A stretch of 64,000 nt of DNA from Mantamonas sphyraenae STR306 (taxonomy: Eukaryota > Protista > CRuMs): assembly GCA_026936335.1 (NCBI GenBank), contig JAPMXV010000045.1, positions 372,001-436,000 of the forward strand. The letters are read 5' to 3'. Both the position numbers and the translations under genes were made by a program. Positions 48,310-61,100 of the stretch are shown here, one piece after another. The notes under the pieces are model-generated. The model saw only the letters and a list, made by a program, of their open reading frames with translations, did not search any database and was not told the origin of the DNA. How positions within the stretch are numbered: position 1 is the first letter of the stretch; each line of letters starts with the position of its first letter.

Positions 48310-51300
48310 ATGAGCGAAGCACACGCAGCGCAAGTGGAGGCTGTCAAGTCTGAAATTGTACGTGGGAGAAAAGAGCGGAAGGAGGCGCGGCAGGGTGGCC
48401 GAGGGCGATTCTTATTTTCTGGGAGCGAGAAACCAGAATCCGAGGCTGACCCACGAGCACCCGCCACACACACTGCACAGGCTACCATTGCACAGAAGGA
48501 TTCACTGGATCTTGTGGTCGAGTTTGACGCCATCTCCAGCTGGCCTGCAGACAAGTACACCGACCACGAGACCGTGCAGAAGTGGGCAGGAAAAGGTGCC
48601 CTCAACGACATCAAGTCGCTGGTGCAGCATCTGTGCAAGGACGAACCCTCTCGCCAGGCAGTACGTTGCTCATGGCCGTTTTCACCTCGATGCCTGTGTG
48701 TGTGCATACCATGTGCACAACCCTGGCCATTGATTTTGTCTGCTGCCCTTCTGCATGCCCCCCGGCTTGCCAGAAAGAGAGCCCGCACCCCGAAAGAGGG
48801 GCTGCCAATTTTTCCACCGTCCCGCCTGCGGCCTTTGTTGCTTTTTATCCTCTGCACCTCCATCGCCGCTTTCGCCTCGCTCACACCCTCCCCGCACCTG
48901 GTGTGCATTCCCATCTGTACAGTTTGCCGCCGTCGTGGACACAATGCGCGTTGGCTTCGGGTCCTACGACACGTCGGGCGCTGCCATTGAATTCGCGGAC
49001 GGCGTCCTTTCTCTCGTCGCTTCCATCAACCTGGACTCGTCCTGGTCGCCTTCCTCGGGCCTGGTTGGCTCATCCGAGAAGGATGCCGCAGAGGCCTTTG
49101 TCAAGACCCCCGAGTACGTGTTTTACATTTTCCATAGCACTGCGCACACTGCAACCACACGCGGGGGAAAACCACGCACACATGCTCGCCAACCCGGAAT
49201 CTGCCGCTGTCCTCGGCTCCGTGGCCACCGGCTTACACCGTTCCCACTTTGGCACACTGTTTCCCTCCGCAACACGTGGCACTCATCGTACACTTGACGC
49301 TTTCACAGGACCGCTGCCATCATTGTCAACGCCAAGGCAGAGAGCTACGCAGAAAAGCTGGCCGAGGTTCAGGCTCAGATCTCCGAGCTGGCTGAGGAGC
49401 CGTTGACCATCAACGTGGACTGGGAGAACCTGATTGCCAACTGGCCGTGGGACAAGTACACCAAGCCCGAGTTCATTGTGGACTGGGTGTACCACGGAGC
49501 CCTGAACGACATTGTCACGCTCGTCAAGCACTGCTGCAGGGATGTGCCCAGCAAGGTCGTGTTTGGCGCCTGCGTCGTCTCCTTCACCATCAGCTTCGAT
49601 GCTTACAACGGCAGCTTCGTCGGAATCGACTTTGCGGACGCCAACGTGAAGTACATCGCCTCCATCAACCTGGACAGCTCCTGGAGCAAGGGCAGCGGCC
49701 TTGTCGGCTCCACCGAGAAGGACACCCTCGAAGGCTTCATCAAAACACCAGACACGGCCGAGCTGCTCATTGTGTCCAAGCACGCAGAGTACCTCGACCA
49801 GTTTGACGAGACGCGCGAGGTGCTCGTCGAACTCACGGGCAACGAAGGCATCGAGTTTGAGGTCGAGTGGGAGGCCATGTACGCGTGGCCCACCGACAAG
49901 TACACCAAGCCCGAATCGATTGTTACCTGGGCTGCCTACGGTGGCTGCTCCGATGTCCGCTCTCTGGTCAAGCACATGTGCCGCGACGACGCTAGTCGCG
50001 CCGTGTTCAGCGAGGTCATTGACACCATCAAGCTGCGCTTCGACGGCTACTCGAGCTCCGACATGCAGGTCGAAGTGCAGGACAACGTCGTCTACCTGAC
50101 CGTGTCCATCAACCTGGACAGCTCGTGGAGCCAGGGCAGCGGCCTCGTCGGCTCCTCCGAGAAGGATGCCCTGGAGAGCCAGCTCAAGACTTCGGACACC
50201 GCAGGCCTGCTGATTGACACCAAGGCCAAGGAGTACGCCGACGCCTTTGCTGCCGCCAAGGCCGAGCTCGAGGAGATTGTCGGCCACGATATCAACCTGG
50301 ACATCGACTGGAGCCAGCTCAAGTCTTGGAAGACCGACCAGTACACCAAGCCTGAGGACATTGTCACCTGGACCTCCAAGGGTGCCATGAACGACCTCAA
50401 GACGCTGGCCAAGCACGTGTGCCGCGACGAGCCCAGCAAGGCTGTGTTTGCTTCCGTCTGCACGGGCTTCCTCGTCTCCTTTGGCGACGACAGCATGAGC
50501 CACGTCGAGGTGGCCCTTGAGGGATCCGTCGTCACATACACGCCCAGCATCCAGCTCAGCTCCAGCTGGAGTGCTGGCAGCGGCCTCGTAGGCTCCTCCG
50601 AAAAGGACATCCTCGAGGTGGCCGTCAAGAACCCGTCCACGCTGCCCCTGCTCATCTCTGCAAAGGCCACCGCCGACGACGAGATCTTCCAGAGCAACCT
50701 GAAGGCGGTGCAGGCCGTGCGCGAAGACATCAACGTCGAGTTTGACTGGAGTGGCCTGGAGCAGTGGCCCACCGACCAGTACACCAAGCCCGAGCTGATT
50801 GTGTCGTGGGCATTCAAGGGTGCCATGAGCGACATCAAGACGCTCACCGAGCACCTCATGGGCGACGAGCACAAGGCCACGTTCACGAGCAAGATCAACA
50901 AGTTTGTGGTTGCCTTCAACGACCCCAGCGTGCGCGAGCTGCAGGCTTCCAAGGACGGCGACGCCCTGGTGTACACGGCCAGCATCCAGCTTAGCTCGTC
51001 GTGGAGCGCCAGCAGCGGCATGGTCGGCTCCTCCGAGAAGGACGCGTTTGCCACCGCCATGACCAGCGAGGGCACGCCCGTGGTGGCCACGAGCAGCAGC
51101 AGCGGCAGCAGCAGCGGAGGACGCGGACGCGCGTTTTCCGTCATCAACGTGGACTACAGCAAGGCCGATGGCGTCGATGGCATGAAGGAGCATATCATCC
51201 AGGCGTTCATCCCGGCTGCCGAGCAGCGCATCAAGCACTGCTGCGGCGCAAACATCACCTTTGAGGTGGACTGGGACTCGTTTGAGAACACCAAGAACCT

Positions 51301-53686
51301 GGAGCGTGCCGTGAAGAGTCTGTGGTCGTGGAATGGCTACTTCCTGTTCACACGCACCGCCGTGGTGGTCGAGGACATCTGCGAAAACAGCTACGGAGCC
51401 GACGATGTGGCGGCTCGCCTCAAGAAGATCATTGTGTCGCACGAGAGCGAGGTGGAGGAGGACGACAAGATCAAGTTTGACGGCACCACGGGCGTCCTGG
51501 CCCTCAAGGGCGACTTCAACTTTGGTTCTGCAGGTGCATACTCGAAAAAGAAGCTGCGTCTGCTGATCCGCAAGGTGCTGGGCCTGACCTCCAAGTACTA
51601 CGTGCGTCGCATCAACGACGAGAGCGTGCCTCGCTTCAAGTCGCGCACGCAGGAGATCGTGGGCAAGGAGGTGGAAGTGACCGTGGACTGGGACTCGTTC
51701 GAAAAGGCCCTGGACCAGGAGGACGCCTTCTACTACCTGGCTGCCTGGTCGGGCTACTACTCGTTCGACCGCGTGGTGTCCGGTCTGCGCCGTGCCGTTG
51801 AGCGCGGAGATCAGCTGACGTTCAAGGAGATGCTGCACAAGGTTGTGTTCCGCCACATTCCGGGCCGTGACTACCGCAAGCGCCGCGTGTACATCACAGA
51901 GGGCACGCTGTACGTGTGCGGTGTGTTTGAGACGTACTGGGGCTGCCCTGGCTACTGGGACGTGTCGGAGGTGCTGTACCACTACTACAAGTTTGCCTCC
52001 ATGCCCGCGTTCCTGGACCTGGAGCAGGAGGAGCACGAGGAGAAGCTGGATCTGTGGAAGGACGCATGCACCTCGACTCAGGTGACGTCTGGCGACGTTG
52101 GCTACGTGGCGCGCCTGCTGGAGAACAAGTGCTTCTACCAGCTCAACGACCACGACAAGAACGCCCTGGAAAAGTTCACGGACGACAACCTGGAGGAGGA
52201 CGAGATTGTGATCCGTGGCTGGCCGATCAACAAGATCAACTTCCGCGGCCAGGAGCAGGACCGCATGCTGGTGCTGACAGACAAGGCCGTGTACACGTTT
52301 GCGTACGACTACGAAAAGAGCAAGGTGGACGAGAAGCGTGTGCATCGCTACGACCACGAAGACTACCTGCGCAACGTGTGGGGCGAGCTCAAGGGGTCGG
52401 ACATCTCTGTCCCGGGCGACGTGCCGGGCTCGAGCGCCATGGCAGCGGCAGCCAACGCAGCGGCGGACTTTTTGGGCACCAAGCGCTACGGCTTCCACTA
52501 CCAGACCGACAAGCTGGAGAACCAGAAGAACCTGCTGGGCAGCGCGCTGGGCAAGCTGGGTCTGGGCAAGAAGGTGCTGGAGCTGATGCAAAAGATGGTG
52601 GACACACTGCTGGAGGGCAAGGAGGACGACCTGCCGGAGTTCTCCATCCCGCAGCTGCCGATTTGGACACCGGAAAAGCTGAGTGAGGTTGCGCTCAAGT
52701 CGATGGGCGAGAGCGACGAGGACCTGCCGTCGGTGGAACTGTCTGGCCTGCCGCCTGCCACGCCTGTGGAGTGTCTGCTTGTGCTGCAGGAGGCGTTTGA
52801 GGCCATGGGCAAGAAGCAGCCGCGCATCAAGTTGGACAACATGCCCAAGATCTCCGTGCCGTATCTGCTCAACGCTTCGCTGGAAGTGCTGATCAACAGC
52901 GACGACGAAATCGAACTGCCGCTGCCGCAGGGCGAGCCCAACCTGATGGAGATGCTGAAGGACCTTGTTGGGGAGGTGGTGAAGAGCGAGGACTGGAACC
53001 CGATGCCGCTGCCGCCCATCGAGGACATCAGCCTCAAGGCCATGCTGGAAGGCATCCGTGCAGCCATTGTGGAGAAGGAGCTGGAGACGATTGACCAGCG
53101 TCTGCCGTCTCTGGGTGACCTGCCGCCTGTTGTGGAGCACATCGACCAGCTGTGCGCAGCCATTGGCGACGATGTAATCATCAAGTTCCCTGAGCTGCCC
53201 GGAGTGCCTGTGGAGAAGGTGCTGAAGAAGATGGCCGAGGTGCTGAGCGACGTGTCGCTGCCGTCGTTCGACATGAGCGGCTTTGACTTTGGCATCGACA
53301 TGCCCAAGGTGGATATGCCCAAGGTGGACATGCCCAAGGTGGACATGCCCAAGGTGGACATGCCCAAGATCGATATGCCTAGCCTTCCCGGAGGAGGCCT
53401 GAAGAAGAAGATGAAGAAGCTGGTGCCGCCGCCCAAGCCCAAGAAGCTGGAAATGCTTGTGCAGCCGCTGGTGCTGGACGAGCACAACAACGAGAAGGAG
53501 GGAACGGATCTGATTGTGGCGCAGGAGATCTCGTGGGCCATCTACGGTGTGACGCGTGCCGCAGTGTACCCGTGGTACGTGTACCGCCCGTGGGAGACAA
53601 GCAGCATCTCGCTTCCCGAGTCCTACATGGCAACCGTGTACAACAAGGGCAACCGTGGCAAGTCCAACGCCCCGTACCGTCAGTGA
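48310..53686 (+). CDS. Large repeat protein: five ~147-aa repeats, two diverged VDWDSF units, hSac2/TPRG1-like domain, DMPKV repeats (4 exons)
   Basis: Exons about 48310-48357, 48481-48660, 48923-49113 and 49309-53686 with gtacgt donors and cag acceptors. Repeat core WPxDKYTKPE...GA.xD.KxL.xH.CxD...SINLDSSWSxGSGLVGSSEKD. GWPINKINFRGQEQDRMLVLTDKAVYTFAYDY resembles the hSac2 domain. Confidence 0.8.
53297..53380 (+). repeat. 15-bp coding tandem repeat (DMPKV) x5.5
   Basis: gacatgcccaaggtg units at 53297, 53312, 53327, 53342, 53357 and a partial unit at 53372. Confidence 0.92.
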
Positions 53687-53765
53687 TGAGGTGGGAGAGG
53701 CCGATTCGAATGCACTTCATGTCATTCATCGAACACACACACACACGCACACACACACACACACA

Positions 53766-55139
53766 TCACCGCAGGTCAACCACGGCGTAGTCAAGAGTGG
53801 AAGAGATCATGACGTGGCGACTGTGCATGTAGATGGGTTGCTCGGCGTCGTGGAAGTGGAAGCCCGTCTGCGTGCACTTTTGGATGTACTGGAGACCGTA
53901 GGGCTGGGTGAGGTTGAAGATGCCAAAGTTGGGGTTGCTTGTGGGCGAGAGAACAATGGCAATGGACTCGGAGAGCATGGTTTGGTAGGCTCCCTGTGTG
54001 TGGAGGTCGACGGAGGAGAGGAAGCAGGTCTGGGTCGGATGGGTGTGGATCCAGCCGAGGGTGAGGAGGTCGTTCTCCATCTGCAGTGCAAAGATGTCCT
54101 CTTCGTTCTCGGTGGTGCATGTGTCTGTGGTGCCGTGCTGCTTGGGCAGGATGAGGGTGGTGATGTAGAGCATGTTGTCGACGAGGCTTCCGGCGAGGAT
54201 GCCGCAGGTTTCAACCCCCTTGCTGGTGTTGCTGAGGGCCATATCGTAAAAGTCTTGAATGAGTTTCTGCGGAAGACACATGCGGCGGAATTCGCCGACA
54301 GGGGCAACGACGTGCCCTGTTTGCTGGGGCTGCACCCACGAGGAAGCTTCAGACGAGGACGACCCGGTGTCGGAAGAAGCAGAACCGTTGGACATGGGCG
54401 TGTTGGTGGACACGAGGGCACCTGCGCTGTGGAGGATGGTGTCTGCATCGAAGCTTTCATAGTCCGGGCGCTCGTCGTCGACACCCGGATACAGTTCGCC
54501 GGTTTCCTGGTCGACTGTGTTTGGGGCGAGTTCGTCGCTGGTCTGCAGGGCGTACGAGGGTAACCTCCAGCTGTCCTGCTCCAGGATGCGTTTTCTCTTG
54601 GCTTGTGCCTCCTGTTGCTCGCGAAGTTCCTGCTGAGCCAACTCTTGGCGCTCGAGAACGGCCTGTTCGCGTGCCTGCTTCTGCAGCTCCAACTGCTCCT
54701 GGAGGGCGGCCTGTTCGGCCAGCTCACACTCTTCCTGCAGCAGGGGCTTGATTTCTTCCAGGTCCGCCAGCACTTGGTCGCACAGACGCAGGTACTCGCT
54801 CTTGTCTGCGCGATACCGCTTGTCGTCGTAGTCCTTGTGCTTGGGGATCTGGTTGAGCACCAGCGTGGCAAAGCGGGTCAGATGCACGTAGGCATAGCCG
54901 TGGTGGTTGGCTTTGCGATAGATGTATCCCTGGACGGTGTGGTACGCTCAAGAGTGTGTGAGTGCATGCATACAGCGGGAAGGCGTTTTCCCATCGCTGC
55001 CCGGAATTGGTCTGCTTCTCTCCCACGGCCGGTTACTCACCTGTTGGTACACTTCGCGTGCACTGCGGTAGTACACGGCCAGTGGTAGGGAATTGGAGAC
55101 CACCGGCACCTTTTTGGCGAGTGCCTTCCAATGGTCCAT
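53766..55139 (-). CDS. STAMBP: AMSH/STAMBP JAMM deubiquitinase
   Basis: N-terminal YYRSAREVYQQ...AYVHLTRFATLVLNQIPKHKDY (USP8-dimer/MIT-like); NTSKGVETCGIL; GWIHTHPTQTCFLSSVDLHTQ; VVDLR end; one intron near 55040-54930. Confidence 0.95.
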
Positions 55140-55233
55140 GTGGAGAAGGGTTGCACGGTTGTGCGCGCGCAGGGTTCATTGCATTGCATTGCATCCAAGA
55201 GACGGACACAGACACACACAGACTCACGAACGA

Positions 55234-57952
55234 TCACAGCTTGGCCTTACGCAGCTCCAGCTTGCCCACTGTCATGCGGTGGACTTCGTCAGGCCCGTCG
55301 GCGATGCGCAGACAACGTGCTCCAACCCACATAAAGGCCAGAGGCGTGTCCTGACTCACTCCCGCTCCCCCGTGAGCCTGAATGGCTCTGTCGATGACAC
55401 GACAGGCCATTGCCGGGGCCACAACCTTGATCTGGCTGATCTCGGAGCGTGCGGCCTTGTTGCCCACAGAATCCATCATGAATGCGGCCATCATGGTCAG
55501 GAGGCGGGCCTGATTGATTTCGATGCGTGACGAGGCAATATCGGCCAGAATAGTGCCTTGCTCGCTGAGAGGCTTGCCAAATGCCACGCGGTTCTGCACA
55601 CGGTCGACCATGATTTCCAGGGCGCGTTCCGAGGCACCGATGAGACGCATGCAGTGGTGGATGCGGCCGGGACCCAGGCGTGCCTGGGCAATTTCAAAGC
55701 CACGTCCTTCGCCCAGGAGGACGTTGGACACGGGCACACGTACGTTTTCAAACCGCAGCTGTGAGTGATAGTGCGGAGCGTCGTCGTATCCAAACATTGT
55801 CAAATGGCGCTCCAGAGTCAGTCCTGGACTGTCCATGGGCACCAAAACCATGCTTTGCTGCTTGTGTCGTGCTGCACCAAAGTCGGTCTTGCCCATGACG
55901 ATGCACAGCTTTGTGCGCGGGTCGCCTGCGCCTGACGTCCACCACTTGCGTCCGTTGATGACGTATTCGTCGCCCACTCGTTCAATCGACGTCTCAATAT
56001 TGGTTGCATCGGAGCTGGCGACGTCGGGCTCGGTCATGCCGAAGCAGGAGCGAATGCGGCCTTCGAGAAGCGGCTCGAGCCACGTCTTCTTCTGCTCCTC
56101 CGTGCCAAACAGGTGCAGGATTTCCATGTTGCCCGTGTCTGGTGCAGAACAGTTGAAAACTTCGGGTGCAATGACGCTGCGGCCCATGATTTCACACAGG
56201 GGTGCGTACTCACGGTTCTCCAGGCGCAGAAACAGGTTCCACAGATCCTGGCGCTTTGCCTCCTCCTTCAGCTCCTCCATGAGAGGAGGGAATTCACGAG
56301 GGTTCTCCTGATAGAGCTTGAGCATGGCCATTTCGTTGGGGTAGATGTGCTCGTCCATAAACTTGAGCAGCTTGGCCTTGTACTCGGCGCAGCGCTTGGT
56401 CTCGCCATAGACACCCGACCCAGCCTCGAGGGAGCCTGATCTGCTACTGCTGCTGCTGGACGAGGAGCCGGACTGCGGAACTTGCACAGGACGGCCACTG
56501 AGCTTCTCCACAGCGGCAATGTACGTCTCCATGGCCTGCTTCTTGGGCACGCCCGCGTTGGCCTTCCAGGACGCCCACTTGTGTGCAGCTCGAGGATCCT
56601 TGGGTTCAGGGGTGCGACAGTCGCCAGCCACAGCCTGCTTGAAGAGGCCGTAGAGATGGAGCCAGTCCTGCTGGGTGGCGTTGGGAATGGACGAGACCAT
56701 GTCTGCGGCGGCGTTGAATCGGACAAGAAGGGGTGCCTTGGGCTTGCGCTGGACTTCTGTCATTTCGCTGGAGCTGGCGATGTCCCAGCCAATCTCTGCA
56801 ATGAGTCCACCGTAGGCGGCCACCATGTCTGCGTTTGCCGAGGCACTCTTGGAGCTTGCGTTGCCCTGGGTGGCACGCTTGTACACGCCCATGATGATGC
56901 AGGCCATCTTGAAAAAGGTGAATGCCAGGTAGAAGCCCCAGTTGACAATGGAGGTGCGGCCGGTCATCCGGCAGTACATCTGAACAAACTCGTTCTCGGT
57001 GGGGATGCCCGTGCCCTCAAACTCGTAGTCGTCGCCAAAACCCGGGTAGCCGTAAGAGTCTTCGGGAAGATGGTAGGCGGCACAGCAGTAGGCAAGATCG
57101 GCGAGTGGGTGGCCCAGGGTGCTGAGTTCCCAGTCGAGCACGCCAATCACTTCGTCGCGAGTCTTGTGAAAGACCATGTTGTCCAGGCGGTAGTCGCCAT
57201 GGACGATGGTGGCAGCGTCGTCATCGGGCATGTACCGTGGCAGCCACTCACACAGCTTCTCAAGAGGCTCAACCGAGGGTACGGCGTCGGTGAGGGAGGC
57301 TTTGTACTGCTTCGTCCACCGTCCGATCTGGCGCTCGTAGTAGTTGCCCGGGCGGCCATAGTCGCCGAGGCCAATAGTCTTTGGGTCAAAGGAATGCAGA
57401 CGGGCAAGCGTGGACGCAAGCTGGGAATAGACGGTGGTGCGGCGAGACGGGGAAAGGCCAGGGAGTGTGATGTCGCGCAGAATGCGGCCGTCGAGGTGCT
57501 CCATGACGTAGAACGGGGTGCCGATCACGTCACTGCCTTCGCACAGGGTGATGGGACGAGGCACAGGGAAGTCTGCAGCGTGCAAAGCCGAAAGGATGCG
57601 GTGTTCGCGCTCGACGGCGTGTGCAGAGGGAAGGAGCCTGCAAGGGCAACGCTTTGTGTCAGCACACCGGCAAAGAGGAAGGTGGAGGAGGGACGTTTGG
57701 GAGTTGTGAGCGGTTTTGAGGAGTTTTGAGGCAAACATACTTTCCGGGCGGCTTCTTGCGCATGACGTAGCGGGTGCCGCTGACACGTGCTGTGAGCAGA
57801 AAGGTCGGGTTGGATTCGCCGTTTGCAAACTGGCGGATGTGAAGCGGAGGAGCAAAGCCAGGCACATGCTGCAGCATGTACTGCTGCAAGTTGGCTTCGT
57901 CAAACTTGTGACGTGATCGCACGTCTGTGGTTTCGCCGTCAGTGGTGGACAT
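55234..57952 (-). CDS. ACAD11: ACAD10/11-like protein: APH kinase, ACBP and acyl-CoA dehydrogenase domains; PTS1 AKL
   Basis: [18 protein letters not shown]|[37 protein letters not shown]; [50 protein letters not shown]; intron about 57740-57638. Confidence 0.92.
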
Positions 57953-58126
57953 TGAGGCAAGGGTTGGGGTGCAGCAGCCGGCGACTACGACGAGGCAATG
58001 GCTGGGGGAGGGGTGGGGGGTGGGGGGCGGGAGAGACACACGGCCTTGTGGGATCTTCTAGCAAAGAGAGGGCTTCATTGAAGGGGAGCAGAGTGGCGCG
58101 CAGACAGAGACAACGAAACAGGTTCG

Positions 58127-61100
58127 ATGAGCAGCACCGACGAAGAAATCGCGGTTGGGACACGGGTGCGTGTCAAGAACAACCTAGGGGTGGTGCGGTA
58201 CTACGGCACAACGCATTTCAAGGAAGGGATTTGGGTGGGCGTGGAGTACGACGGACCATGTAAGGGGGAGGGGTTGGGGAAAGGGTGGCGAGAATGATCA
58301 GCGGAAGGGCGCGAACCACTGACCCTACGCACGGGGACACGTTGCACAGTCGGCAAGAACAACGGCACGGTGAAAAACAAGCAGTATTTCAAGTGTTTGG
58401 ACAACTACGGAGTGTTTGTAAAGCCGACTGCGGTGACGGTAGTGGGAAAAGTAAGGCGAGGGAAATCACGCACCCGGTGCTGATCCAGCTGAGGCTGTGG
58501 ACCCAACAAGCACACCCACTCACACTGGAAACGGACGCGGGAGCAGAAACCACCTCCAAAGCCGGCGTCGCCGATGAGCCCGCGCGTACGAGGCTCAGGC
58601 AGCAAGAAGGCGAGCAGTCAGGAACTGCTTCGCGCCGCGGCAGGTTCGCCGCGGTCCACCAGCCCAAGCAGTACCAAGAGCGCATCCCCGCCGCCTCGGA
58701 ATCCGTCTCCAACGCCCGAAAAGGATAGCAAAGTCAAGGAGGCAGAGCGGGTGGCTGAGAAACAGGTGGACTCGGAGGAGAGTCAAGAGATCGAAGCAAA
58801 GTCACAACCACAAGAGCCGGAGCCGGAGAAGGATGCAAAGTTGGAAGAGGAGCATGTGGCCGCAAAGGAGCCCTCTGCGATGGAGGAGACCGTGAGTGTG
58901 GTGGAGACGACAGAGGTGTCGACGGGAAACGAGGACCCGGAAGATGAAGAGGAGCGGGTGGAAGCGATGTCAAGCAGTGGCAGCAGCAGTTCAAGCACGT
59001 CATACACGAGCGTGGATGACGTGGGACTGTCGTCCACACCCAGCTCGGTGGGAAAGAACTCGTCTGCACGTGAAGAACTGTGGATGAAAAGGGGCAGGAT
59101 GGAGGCGGCACGGGAACTGGAGGAAGCGAAGCAAGTTTGGGAACAGGAGCGACAGGCGCTGGAGCTGCAGTTGGAAGAGGCGCGCAAAGAGATGGAAGCG
59201 ATGAAAGAGTCGCAGGCGGTCAAGGATGGGCACGCCGAGTCCGCTGGGCAGCGGGTGGCTGCCGCGGAGAGGGAACGTGACACGTGGAAGCGAAAGGCCA
59301 AAGAGATGGAGGCACGCGTGCAGGACATGGAGATGATGGAGGAGCAGATGGAAGAGATCACAGAGAGCAACATGGAATTGGACGAGCAGCTGGAGCTTGT
59401 GCAGGCCGAGCTGGAGGAGGTCAAGCAAGATCGGGTGGCAGCACAAAGGGAAGTGGAGCGGCTGCAGCGCACTGTGGAGCTGCTAGAAGAGGAAAACGCA
59501 ATTTTAGAGGACATGGTGCAGGTGCACGAGGAAATGATGAGGGGCGAGGAAGGAAGCGGAGGCAAAGGGGGCGCGAGCGAGGTGTCGGTGGGCGAGAGTG
59601 GTGCCGCCGGGCTGAACGAGGAGCTGGTAGGGATGCAGGCGCAGTTGAACACGTTGCAAGAGCAAAACAGCATGCTGTCACGTGCGCTGTTGACTTTGCA
59701 GATGGGAAGCAGGCAGGAACACAAGCGAAACGAAAGCGTGCTGGAACAACTGCAGCGTGATAAAGAGCGCAACGAACAACTGCGACAGGAGCTAAAGGCA
59801 CGTGAGAACGAGCTCAAGGCAAGCCGGGGGACAATCGAGGAGCTGTCGATGATGGTAGACGAGCGCGAGGAGTTGGCCGAAGACTTTGAACGATTGTCGG
59901 AGATGAATCAAGATCTGACGGTGCAGGTGGAGGATCTGAGGGAACGCAACACAGATCTGCAGGAGCTCCGGGCGCTGAGCAATCAACTGGAGCGATCTCA
60001 GCTCGATGTGGAGCAGCAGCTGATGGCTGATATCAACGCGCGGGACATCCGCATTCTGGATTTGGTGGATCTGGTTTCAAGCAACGTGCGGCAGTTGGCC
60101 GATTTAGAGCGCACCATCGAGCAGTTTCGGGAAAAGACAGCCCATCTGCAGGCGAAAGTGGACGCGGCGGACGCAGGGGCAACGGAGGGAAGCGGGGGAC
60201 CACAGACGACCACGATTGCTGGGACGCCGCAGGGACGCAGCACGGAGCATGAATCTCGTCTGATACGAAGCCTGCAGGCGAGCGTGGAAATGCAACGGAT
60301 GCAAGCGCGTGCGGACAACAAGTACATGCAGATGCAGCAGATGCTTGTGCCAGACGAGGTGAGCATGCAGTTCCATGACGTGTTTCTGGGTCACCGGCTC
60401 GCGTTTGTGCTGCTTGCAAAGGCTCAGTGGATCGGCAACCGTCTGACGGGCACGCTGAGTGTACAGCAGTCGATGTCTGTGCGATCTGTGTCGATGGGGC
60501 GTGCACGTTCGATTGGCCAGGTGCTGCTCATGCTGAACGACTTTGAGTTGCATGCGGCTCATCTGATGCACCTGATGTGTGCAGGGAGTACGGATGGGGT
60601 GGTGCGTATGGTGGGCGGTTCTGCGCAGGTGCTGCGGCAATGCGACGAGGCGCTGCTGACGCTTGCTGACCAGGTGGTGCGTGAGGACGTGCTGACTGGA
60701 GCTGAGCGGCTGAGGCAGGTGTTGGTGGAGCCCATGAATGTGTTGGTGGAGAGGGCGCTGGCCATGGACGAGGTGGAACTTGCGGAAGGGAGCAGGCAAC
60801 CGACGTACGCACGCAGGTTGCGGCACAAGATTCTGGGGATTCACCACGAGAGTACTCTGGCGCTGTTGGAAGTGCATGCAGTGCGGATGCGGTTCGTCAA
60901 GATGGTCGGGAGCGCAGGAGCGGCAGAGGGAGCTGGACAAGGTCTGTTGGCGGTGTATGGGGAGATGCTCGGGTCCCTGGTGCAGATTGGGCGAAATGTG
61001 CAGATGCTTTGCATGAGCGTGATGCGCGAGATCCAACGGCGGTGCATGCGGGAGCAAAGCAAAGAGGCGCAAGGATCGACGGAGGTGTGGATCGACGAGT

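Noticed and set aside
49283-53485. 1400-aa minus-strand ORF, and similar long antisense ORFs (29849-31600, 37301-39895, 18343-19809, 60104-61849)
   Set aside because: Shadow frames of GC3-biased real genes on the opposite strand; no recognisable motifs.
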